Translations under genes and position numbers: made by a program
Source: Eledone cirrhosa
Lineage: Eukaryota
NCBI GenBank assembly: GCA_964016885.1
Contig: OZ024754.1
Coordinates: forward strand, 40,238,001-40,302,000
Length of the DNA stretch: 64,000 bases
Direction of reading: 5' to 3'
Notes under the pieces: generated by a model
Databases searched by the model: none
What the model saw: only the letters and a program-made list of their open reading frames with translations
What the model was told of the DNA's origin: nothing
Part shown: piece after piece, positions 9,923 through 19,800 of the stretch
Position numbering within the stretch: the first letter of the stretch is position 1
How the letters are laid out: each line of letters opens with the position of its first letter

Positions 9923-10526
9923 CAAAGCGGTTTCATGTTAAGGTCTTTCTTTATTCATTAGATATAGTTACGACCGTTTCACAGATGACTGGTTAAGGAT
10001 CTATATTAATGCTATAGACCCGACTACAGTCCCATCAGACTTGTTAATAAAGTAACCCCCAAAATCTCATCGAAATTGCTGATTGTGGTAGCCGCCTCAG
10101 TAAACCACGAATCTAGTGAACCAGACTTTGCCTTTCATCCTTACGGGGTCGATAAAATAAAGTACCAGTAATGCACTGGATATTTGCTGGCCTTGTGCCT
10201 AAAGTAGAAACAATTATATTATATTATATATAATTGTTTCTACTTTTGGCACAAGGCCAGCAATAATCCAGTGTATTACTGGTACTTTATATTATATATA
10301 ATATAACATAACTTTATGAATAAAAGGAACGAGCATAAACTGTAGAATGGATCATTATTAACTATTGTTCTAGTAAATATTTCGTTCAATTTTAAAATAA
10401 TTATTCTGACATGTTTAAAAATGTAATGACGATGTATGGATATTAATTTCTGAAAAGATAAAGATTTTTATATTTACACAAAAAATTCTAACGAAGATAA
10501 GAGACGTGTTAAAGTAAACTCACCAT
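814..10526 (-). CDS. RRP36: RRP36 (rRNA processing protein 36), 5' part; gene continues off the left edge
   Basis: Exons 10524-10526, 8838-8853, 8155-8215, 6967-7041 and 814-880 join in phase to MEAVQKELSEMSFEELQKFKDKIGITMFNKIYQKPKAKGMRKQVVKQRIKNQPLEMSSKKPVSKLRHVIPVRKK. This matches the RRP36 motifs LSxMSFEEL and PLEMSxKxxV..LR.V.P. All introns are GT-AG. Confidence 0.9.
966..1075 (+). mobile_element. Probable mariner/Tc1-type DNA transposon end fragment
   Basis: TACAAGGGCCAGCTGAAAAGTT start. The internal sequence recurs as a ~142-bp tandem duplication at about 60339-60630. Confidence 0.45.
1329..2110 (-). mobile_element. Internally deleted Tx1/L1-clade non-LTR retrotransposon, copy A (5' leader + APE C-terminal part + ORF2 C-terminus + 3' end; no RT)
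   Basis: VAYSDHKLV...GPGYWKMNLSL is the AP-endonuclease SDH motif plus the Tx1/L1-type WKxN motif. The 3' end is GTGGCAAATAAAGAAA. Leader 1993-2110 is homologous to 6168-6282. Both sides are flanked by TAGG/TAGA repeats. Confidence 0.8.
2112..2392. repeat. Compound (TAGG/TAGA/TATG)n microsatellite between the two Tx1-like copies
   Basis: Read directly. The same motif occurs at 1303-1328 and 6283-6430. Confidence 0.95.
2394..6282 (-). mobile_element. Tx1/L1-clade non-LTR retrotransposon, copy B: 5' leader, disrupted ORF1 (CCHC knuckle), second partial ORF1, N-terminal APE fragment, ~48-nt 3' terminus; no RT
   Basis: ORF1 starts at ATG 6067, has a TGA at 5579-5581 and a frameshift near 5410, and carries the knuckle CYLCGNRGHLRAAC. 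The second copy carries CYLCGVRGHLRAVC. ORF2 starts MAMLRVGCLNARGL at 3039 and resumes QAMLLNDL..IDVMVICEARI..GGGVVLL. The 3' end matches copy A. Confidence 0.85.
6283..6430. repeat. (TAGG/TAGA)n microsatellite at the 5' junction of copy B
   Basis: Read directly. Confidence 0.95.
6431..6770 (-). mobile_element. SINE remnant(s) with tRNA-like head and RTE-like (ATG)n tail
   Basis: The reverse complement contains GTGGTTAGAGCATTGGCCTTGCAATC..GAGTTCAATTC (A/B boxes), GTTGGTGTTAGGAAGGGCATCCAGC and an RTE-type 3' end, all seen elsewhere in the window. Confidence 0.65.
6967..7041 (-). CDS. RRP36: RRP36 exon (FNKIYQKPKAKGMRKQVVKQRIKNQ)
   Basis: ttcag acceptor, gtaagt donor, phase 2-2, fits both neighbours. 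Confidence 0.85.
7326..7598. mobile_element. hAT-type MITE with 8-bp TSD GTATAGAC
   Basis: TIRs CAGAGGTGGGCAA / TTGCATGCCCCTG; GTATAGAC at 7318-7325 and 7599-7606. Confidence 0.85.
7850..8123 (+). mobile_element. RTE-clade LINE 3' end
   Basis: YGHVMRMENDRWVKKC..VEGRRSRGRPRKTWAEVV is a typical RTE C-terminus, followed by an (ATG)n tail. A near-identical minus-strand copy lies at 19530-19745. Confidence 0.85.
8155..8215 (-). CDS. RRP36: RRP36 exon (ELSEMSFEELQKFKDKIGITM)
   Basis: ttttag acceptor, gtaagt donor, conserved MSFEEL motif. Confidence 0.9.
8838..8853 (-). CDS. RRP36: RRP36 16-nt exon (EAVQK+G)
   Basis: First AG after a T-rich tract, then GAAGCTGTTCAGAAAG|GTATTT. It supplies the phase 0 to phase 1 link required by the next exon. 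Confidence 0.65.
10524..10526 (-). CDS. RRP36: RRP36 exon 1 coding part (ATG only)
   Basis: Minus strand CAACATG|GTGAGT: good start context followed directly by a consensus donor, next to the GINS1 promoter. Confidence 0.7.
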
Positions 10527-10803
10527 GTTGGATTTGACTAACTCAGTCGCTTAGAACATTAAAAAATAAACTTGTTTATTTATATAAAAACAACTTAATT
10601 AAAATGATTCATTAAAATATTTGTTTAATTACGAATATACATTTTTTTTCGATTTTTTTTCAAAATTATATTATTTAATTAATGGAAAATATTCTATTTA
10701 GTTAATTACCTAAGCGACTCAGCTGTATTAAATATGTCCTTCCTAAAAACGGCGGCAAGTGTAAAAATAATGTTTGAGTGATTTCTGTTTTTATTGCAGG
10801 AAA
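10527..10803. promoter_or_regulatory. Bidirectional promoter RRP36/GINS1
   Basis: Divergent ATGs 277 bp apart; inverted motif AGTCGCTTAG (10545-10554) / CTAAGCGACT (10710-10719); YY1-like AAAACGGCGGC near 10746. Confidence 0.7.
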
Positions 10804-10878
10804 ATGTTGGGTAATAAAGCTTTGGAATTAATTAAAGAACTGTCGAGAGTTTCCTATGGAAATTTACCCCCTTTTAAT
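10804..10878 (+). CDS. GINS1: GINS1 exon 1 (coding)
   Basis: [25 protein letters not shown]|gtaagt. Confidence 0.95.
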
Positions 10879-13800
10879 GTAAGTTAAGCCATATTTATTT
10901 TAATAGAAACAGTTTTTGTTTAGTTTCAGGTAGGAATCCTTGGCTTGGTAAAGACAAAAATACGAAATGTCTTCACATTTTTTTAATATTAGAAATTCTT
11001 TGAAGTTTATTTAATATTTTTATTAAGTTATTTAAGATTTTGGTATTATTTTCTGTAGGAAGACTGTATCCGGCAGATTCTTGATGAAATGAAAACACTT
11101 TATGAACTTAACCAGAAAGATGTGTAAGTTTATTAATTAGTATTCATAATTAATTGTTTCTACTTTTGGCACAAGGCCAGCAATTACCCAGTACATTACT
11201 GGTACTTTATTTTATCGACCCCCGTAAGGATGAATGGCAAAGTCAACCTCGGTGAGATTTGAACTCAGATCATAAAGGGCCGTAACTCTATGCTGCAAAG
11301 CTTGGCGTCCAACCCTCTACCGATACTGCCAATCCACCATAGTATTCATAATTAATTAATAGTGGGTTGGCAGTATCGGTAGAGGGTCTGACGCCATGCT
11401 TTCCGGCATAGAGTTACGGCCCTTTACGTTCTGAGTTCAAATCCCGCCGAGGTTAACTTTGTCTTTCATCCTTACGGGGTCGATAAAATAAAGTACCAGT
11501 AATACACTGGGATAATTGCTGGCCTTGTGCCAAAAGTAGAAACAATTATTAGTTGTGGGTTGGCAGAATCGCTAGTGTCGGACAACATGCTTTGCAGCAT
11601 AGAGTTACGTCCCATCTTTACCTGTCAACCTTTCAGAGTTGATAAATATAGTACCAGTCTAGGGGCAGTTGATATTTTTTATTTATTGTTACAAATTATA
11701 TATATACACATATATATCATTATCATGATATATATGTGTATATATATATATATATATGTGTGTATGTTACGTTGGTACCACAAAACATCCAGCCTACTTT
11801 GTAAGTGGTTGTGTAGGTGTCACAGTAAAAAGCACCCAGTACACACTGTAAAGTGGTTGTGTAAAAGACACGGTAAAAAGCACCCAGTACACACTGTAAA
11901 GTGGTTGTGTAAAAGACACGGTAAAAAGCACCCAGTACACACTGTAAAGTGGTTGTGTAAAAGACACGGTAAAAAGCACCCAGCCCACACTGTAAAGTGG
12001 TTGTGTAAAAGACACGGTAAAAAGCACCCAGCCCACACTGTAAAGTAGTTGTGTAAAAGACGGTAAAAAGCACCCAGTACGCACTGTAAAGTGGTTGTGT
12101 AAAAGACACGGTAAAAAGCACCCAGCCCACACTGTAAAGTAGTTGTGTAAAAGACGATAAAAAGCACCCAGTACGCACTGTAAAGTGGTTGTGTAAAAGA
12201 CACGGTAAAAAGCACCCAGTACACACTGTAAAGTGGTTGTGTAAAAGACACGGTAAAAAGCACCCAGCCCACACTGTAAAGTAGTAGTGTAAAAGACGTT
12301 AAAAAGCACCCAGTACACACTGTAAAAGTGGTTGTGTAAAAGACAGGGTAAAAAGCACCCAGTACACACTGTAAAGTGGTTGTGTAAAAGACACGGTAAA
12401 AAGCACCCAGTACGCACTGTAAAGTAGTTGTGTAAAAGACACGGTAAAAAGCACCCAGTACATACTGTAAAGTGGTTGTGTAAAAGACATGGTAAAAAGC
12501 ACCCAGCCCACACTGTAAAGTAGTAGTGTAAAAGACGTTAAAAAGCACCCAGTACACACTGTAAAGTGGTTGTGTAAAAGACACGGTAAAAAGCACCCAG
12601 TACGCACTGTAAAGTAGTTGTGTAAAAGACACGGTAAAAAGCACCCAGTACATACTGTAAAGTGGTTGTGTAAAAGACATGGTAAAAAGCACCCAGTACA
12701 TACTGTAAAGTGGTTGTGTAAAAGACATGGTAAAAAGCACCCAGTACACACTGTAAAGTGGTTGTGTAAAAGACACGGTAAAAAGCACCCAGTACATACT
12801 GTAAAGTGGTTGTGTAAAAGACATGGTAAAAAGCACCCAGTACACACTGTAAAGTGGTTGTGTAAAAGACATGGTAAAAAGCACCCAGTACACACTGTAA
12901 AGTGGTTGTGTAAAAGACACAGTAAAAAGCACCCAGTACACACTGTGAAGTGGTTGTGTAAAAGACACGGTAAAAAGCACCCAGTACACACTGTAAAGTG
13001 GTTGTGTAAAAGACATGGTAAAAAGCACCCAGTACACACTGTAAAGAGGTTGTGTAAAAGACACGGTAAAAAGCACCCAGTACACACTGTAAAGTAGTTG
13101 TGTAAAAGACACGGTAAAAAGCACCCAGTACGCACTGTAAAGTAGTTGTGTAAAAGACACAGTAAAAAGCACCCAGTACACACTGTAAAGTGGTTGTGTA
13201 AAAGACAGTAAAAAGCACCCAGTACACACTGTAAAGTGGTTGTGTAAAAGACACAGTAAAAAGCACCCAGTACACACTGTAAAGTGGTTGTGTAAAAGAC
13301 AGTAAAAAGCACCCAGTACACACTGTAAAGTGGTTGTGTAAAAGACACGGTAAAAAGCACCCAGTACACACTGTAAAGTGGTTGTGTAAAAGACATGGTA
13401 AAAAGCACCCAGTACACACTGTAAATGTGGTTGTGTAAAAGACACAGTAAAAGCACCCAGTACATACTGTAAAGTGGTTGTGTAAAAGACACAGTAAAAG
13501 CACCCAGTACACACTGTAAAGTGGTTGTGTAAAAGACACGGTAAAAAGCACCCAGTACGCACTGTAAAGTGGTTGTGTAAAAGACACGGTAAAAAGCACC
13601 CAGTACACACTGTAAAGTGGTTGTGTAAAAGACATGGTAAAAAGCACCCAGTACACACTGTAAAGTGGTTGTGTAAAAGACACGGTAAAAAGCACCCAGT
13701 ACACACTGTAAAGTGGTTGTGTAAAAGACAGTAAAAAGCACCCAGTACACACTGTAAAGTGGTTGTGTAAAAGACACGGTAAAAAGCACCCAGTACACAC

Positions 13801-16800
13801 TGTAAAGTGGTTGTGTAAAAGACACGGTAAAAAGCACCCAGTACACACTGTAAATGTGGTTGTGTAAAAGACACGGTAAAAAGCACCCAGTACATACTGT
13901 AAAGTGGTTGTGTAAAAGACACAGTAAAAAGCACCCAGTACACACTGTAAAGTGGTTGTGTAAAAGACACAGTAAAAAGCACCCAGTACACACTGTAAAT
14001 GTGGTTGGCGTTAGGAAGGGGCATCCAGCCGTAGAAAACCAGCCAGAATCTGTCTTATATGCACAAGACACGGTCACCCGACCCGACTTGCCTCTAAATG
14101 GGACAAACCCATCTAACCCATGTAGATTTGGCAAGCCTCTTATAAGCTTGTTTCTTGAGTGTTTTATTAATTGGGGTTCCAGTCCAAGCTCAGACACTAG
14201 TCCTCTACAGAGATTAACTCATGGTTGTTGCTGAGTAGAGTAAAGTGAGGTTTCTTGCTCAAGGGCAACTCACCGCAGGTCAAGGAATCAAACCCATCAC
14301 TTTATGATCGTTCCAGCCTCCTCCCCTAACCAATAATCCAAGTCCTTGGAGAAATTGTTCAATTGTTCGATTGGATTCCTTAAATCTGTAAATCCCCAAA
14401 TCCCACCTCTTCAACAGCGAAAAATGTGACGTTTCTGCCAGGGTTTGGATTTCTTGAACCATGAAAGGCAAAGTTGACTTCAGCAGGGCTTGAACTCAGA
14501 AGACGGAATAAATGCTGAGGCACTGAATGAAAGGACAGAGGTTATGAGCTCTAATAACCGTGTTGGACCTTAATTGGTTTTAGTATTGAGTGCTTTCTAG
14601 TTGATTCAATCAATGGAACAGCCTATTCATGAAATTAGTATGGTCGAATAGTCTACAGACATGTCTCCTGAACCCCTATATATACTATTGTATTTACTCT
14701 ATATATACTATTGTATTTACTCTATATATACACTATTGTATTTACTCTATATATACTATTGTATTTACTCTATATATACTATTGTATTTACTCTATATAT
14801 ACTATATATATACTATTGTATTTACTCTATATATACTATTGTATTTACTCTATATATACTATTGTATTTACTCTATATATACTATATATATACTATTGTA
14901 TTTACTATATATATACTATTGTATTTACTCTATATATACTATATATATACTATTGTATTTACTCTATATATACTATTGTATTTACTCTATATATACTCTA
15001 TATATACTATTGTATTTACTCTATATATACTATATATATACTATTGTATTTACTCTATATATACTCTATATATACTATTGTATTTACTCTATATATACTA
15101 TATATATACTATTGTATTTACTCTATATATACTATTGTATTTACTCTATATATACTATTGTATTTACTCTATATATACTATATATATACTATTGTATTTA
15201 CTCTATATATACTATTGTATTTACTCTATATATACTATTGTATTTACTCTATATATACTATTGTATTTACTCTATATATACTATTGTATTTACTCTATAT
15301 ATACTATATATATACTATTGTATTACTATATATATACTATATATATATACTATTGTATTTACTCTATATATACTATATATATACTATTGTATTTACTCTA
15401 TATATACTATTGTATTTACTCTATATATACTATTGTATTTACTCTATATTTACTCTATATATACTATTGTATTTACTCTATATTTACTATATATATACTA
15501 TTGTATTTACTCTATATATACTATATATATATACTATTGTATTTACTCTATATATACTATTGTATTTACTCTATATATACTATATATATACTATTGTATT
15601 TTCACAGTAAACATTTTATCTCACATAATATTGAATCTATGAGATTTTTATATTATTTATTTTGAGAACAATACCTTAGCATAAGTATGAGCAGCCAGTT
15701 ACAGCTGGTTTGAACAGAAAGAGGTGAGAGAATTCTGGCTGGATATGGCTGGTTTAAATGCTAAAGGGTTAACATGATTTTTCAGTGAGATTCAGTGCGA
15801 CATTCCTGGTTCTTTGAAATACATCTAGATGGACTGGAGCAACGTGAAATAAAGTGTCTTGCTCAAGGACACAACGTGCACCAGGAATCAAACTCGTAAC
15901 CTTACGATCGTGATCCAAACACCCTATTTAAGTCACTCATCTCCAGTAACCAAATATGTATGATGATGATGATGATGATGTAGTTTGAGATAATAAAATA
16001 TAGACTTTGTAAAATATTTCTGTGGCTCTTCTCAACATAATTTGTTTGAAACGTGTTTTATGTTAATTGGTGACTATTTTATATGTGATCCTAGGAATGA
16101 CACTGTCGCAGGTGAAGCTGGTCTGTTCTCCGGTGTACAGGTTAGACATGCTGCTCTTGAAAGAAACAAACGATGTCTTCTTACTTACTTGTAAATATAC
16201 ACAGATTCTTTTTCCTTTTACATTGTATTATGTGATGATGTCAGATGTGTCACAGTTGAGTGGAATATAGGCATTGTATGGTGTGGTGATGTCTGGTATG
16301 TCACAGTTGAGTGGAATATAGACTATGGTGTGGTGATGTCTGGTATGTCACAGTTGAGTGGAATATAGACTATGGTGTGGTGATGTCTGGTATGTCACAG
16401 TTGAGTGGAATATAGACTATGGTGTGGTGATGTCTGGTATGTCACAGTTGAGTGGAATATAGACTGTATGGTGTGGTGATGTCTGGTATGTCGCAGTTGA
16501 CTGGATATGATATGTCATAGTTGACTGGAATACAGAGATTGTGTGGTGTGATGATGGCTATGTCATATTTGACTGGATATGATATATCACAGTTGACTGG
16601 TTATGATATGTCATAGTTGACTGGTTATGATATGTCATGGTTGACTGGTTATGATATGTCATAGTTGATTTACCCTTTAAAAAAATGTCATCCAACCCAC
16701 GCCAGCATGGAAAAGTGGATGTAACTATAATGAATATAATGTATATGTTGCTGAATAGAAGCTTAATATGAAAATAGTTAGTTTTTGTGTGAGTCAGCCT

Positions 16801-19800
16801 AAAAATGTTGTATATTTACAGATATAAAAGACTGGAGAACATTAAAGAAATGCGTTGGGAATTTGGTAGCGTTCTTCCTGCTCAGATACGGTACAATATG
16901 TGTGAACGGGAGGTAAGTTGTTCCAAGAATCAGTCTAGTATTTTATTATTTCTTACACCAAAATAGGGATTAGCAATAATTGGTGGAGCGGCAGACAATA
17001 TCCTTTGCGACATATACTTGATAAATTCCGACCTCTCCAAGACAATGTCACTGGACCGAGATCTTTGGCGCTACACAGTAATAGAGAAGACCTGCCTTAC
17101 CTAAGTACAAAGTGAAACCTACTACAGTCATTAGGCACCTCTAACAAAATACACCCCCGTCCCACTACCCCCACCCCATCCACACCACCCCTTTCAATGT
17201 AAAGTTATGTTGGTACCACAACATCCAGCCCGAAACAAATGAGGTCGTGTAGGTGTCATGACAAAAAAAACACACAGTCCACGCTGTAATGTGGCCGTGT
17301 AGGTAACACGGTAAAAACCTCCCAGCCCCACACTGTAAATGTGGTTGGTGTTAGGAAGGGCATCCAGCCGTAGAAAACCCGCCAGACAGTCCTATGCGAG
17401 CAAGACAACCACTCTTGCCTCAAGTGGGAAAACTCCTGTCCAAACCCATGCAAGCGTGGAAGATGGACATTAAACGAAGATGATGATGATGACTTATGTC
17501 CTTTGACATTCTAAGTTTAAATCCAGCCGATGCTAGCTTTGCCTTTCATCCTTCAATAAAATAAAGTACCAGTAACATGCTGGGGTGTTACAGTTTAATA
17601 TTATTACCATTTGATATTATTTTTATTTCCAGGTGCAATGGTTTAACCGTTATAACAGAATGTTAACGGCATACATGCGAAGTATTGCTGGTGGAATTGG
17701 ACTTGATCTTACTCAAGACATACAACCCCCCAAAAGTTTATATATAGAGGTATGGCATTGTTCTTGTTGTTGTTGTTGCTTTCAAAACTTGTCTTGCATT
17801 TATGTTCTACTTACCATATTTACCGTATTTCCTGGCACCGAAGACGCTTCGTCCTTGAGGACACACCCTAATTTTGACAACCAAAAGTTTGAAAAAAATA
17901 ATAGCAACAACCTTCGGCCTCCAGAACGTGTGGTAGATTTTTGAGACTTATTTCAGGAAAAAAGTAGCATGTTCGACTCCGGGAAATACAGTACTGGAAT
18001 ATAATCTGAGGAATATATAGCAAAAAAACAAACAAATCAATTGGAAGCGGCGGGGGAGTAGAGTCAACTTATATTCGGGGTCAATATTTTAATGAGTTTT
18101 GCTCATTTCGGGGTCGGCTTATATTCGAGTATATGCCATTTTCCCTATTAAAGAAGGGATTAATATTGGAGGCTCCATGACAACTTTTCTATTTTGCCCT
18201 AACCTCAGCAACCCCTGTCTTTCATTTTCTCCCCATTCTTATTTCCATCTTTGCTGTTCCTTGTTCAAACACTGTCTTGCTCCTATAAGTCATAGCAATC
18301 TTTTCTACACTAACCCACACAAAACTGCTTCTATTAACCCTTTAGCATTTACATTACTCTATATTATATTTTCACAGTAACGGCTTTATCTTACATAATT
18401 ACCTCATATCATAGCGAATCTATGAGATTTTAATATTATTTATTTTGAGAACAATACCTTAATATAAGTATGAGTGTTCAGTTGCAGCTGGTTTGAACAG
18501 AAAGAGGTGAGAGAATTCTGGCTGGATACAGCCGGTTTGAACAGAAAGAGGTGAGAGAATTGTGGCTGGATACGGCCGGTTTGAACAGAAAGAGGTGAGA
18601 GAATTCTGGCTGGATACGGCCGGTTTAAAGAGGAAGAGGTGAGAGAATTGTGGCTGGATACAGCTGGTTTAAATGTTGCTCCTCACACCGATACAGAAAC
18701 TACTCTACCACCAACATCAACAGAGTAACTCCCATTCTCTGCTAGCCAATGAGAAAGCCTCTGCATGATCACTCGACCTGCTGGAAATAGTAGCCAAATC
18801 ACCTCAAATCACGCTCTTCTTAAGAAAGGGGAGGACACAATATAGTTATAAATACCTCAGATGATAGATCTGCTGATCAGCAACAACACAAAATATTTGT
18901 TGGTGAACTAACTCATAAAATTGTCTAGTGTACAAAACCAATGAAGGAATGTGGCCTAGAGATTAAGGGTGTTAGACACCCGAACGTTTGAGTCCCACAT
19001 TCTGTCCTTGAGCAAGGCATTTAATTTCATGTTGCTCCAGTCCTTTCTGGAGCAGCATGAAAGGGTTAATTCCTACAACAGACTTGTGTTTGCTCCTGGA
19101 GGCAGTTTTTTTTTTCATAAAAAAACCTGAGGTCCCCTATCATGAAAGCACCTAAGAAACCTTCAATGAGATAAAACCTTGTAAAACACCTGCTAAACTT
19201 ATATAGGTGGGAGCTGTAACAACAACAATAACAAAATCAACATTCCAAGAATAAAGCAGCAGAAGTTTAGAAATTTTATTGAAAAAATAACTTTGTATGG
19301 TTTTAATTTGACTTTCAGGTGAGATGTTTAGTCGATCATGGAGAGTTTGAAACACAGGATGGAAATATTGTTGTCTTAAAAAGAAATAACCAGGTGTGTA
19401 TTGCATTTCTCAAGGGTTGTGTAGTTAAGGAGTTGGCTCGCAACCATATGACTTCAGATTCAATCCCACTGCAGGCCACCTTTGCCTATTGGGTGAAGTT
19501 TGGTCAGTGGAAACTGCATAAAAACTATAATCATCATCATCATCATATGTCCGCTTTTCCCTGCCTGCAAGGGTGGGATGGGTCCTATTCAGCACAGCAT
19601 CTCTCCACTTGAAACGGTCCTTCGTCATCTCCGTGAGCTTCAGCGATCTGAGGTCTGCTCTCACCACCTCCGCCCATGTTTTACTTGGTCTTCCTCTTCT
19701 GCATCTTCCTTCTACTGGGATTTCTTGGCACCTCTTTACCCAGATGGGAATCTCTCTACCACTCTCACTCTCAAGATGGGAATCTCTCTACCACACTCAC

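Noticed and set aside
11362-11450. tRNA gene
   Set aside because: It has A/B boxes but no cloverleaf; it is the head of a multi-copy SINE.
11527-14234. Long ORFs (up to 734 aa) with Cys/His repeats such as [16 protein letters not shown], superficially like zinc fingers; the array also looks CRISPR-like
   Set aside because: These are translations of a 48-bp intronic minisatellite, open in several frames on both strands. There are no unique spacers and no cas genes, and the context is eukaryotic.
14629-15665. Three overlapping 299-337 aa Tyr/Ile/Leu-rich ORFs
   Set aside because: An AT-rich 23-bp tandem repeat that lacks stops by composition.
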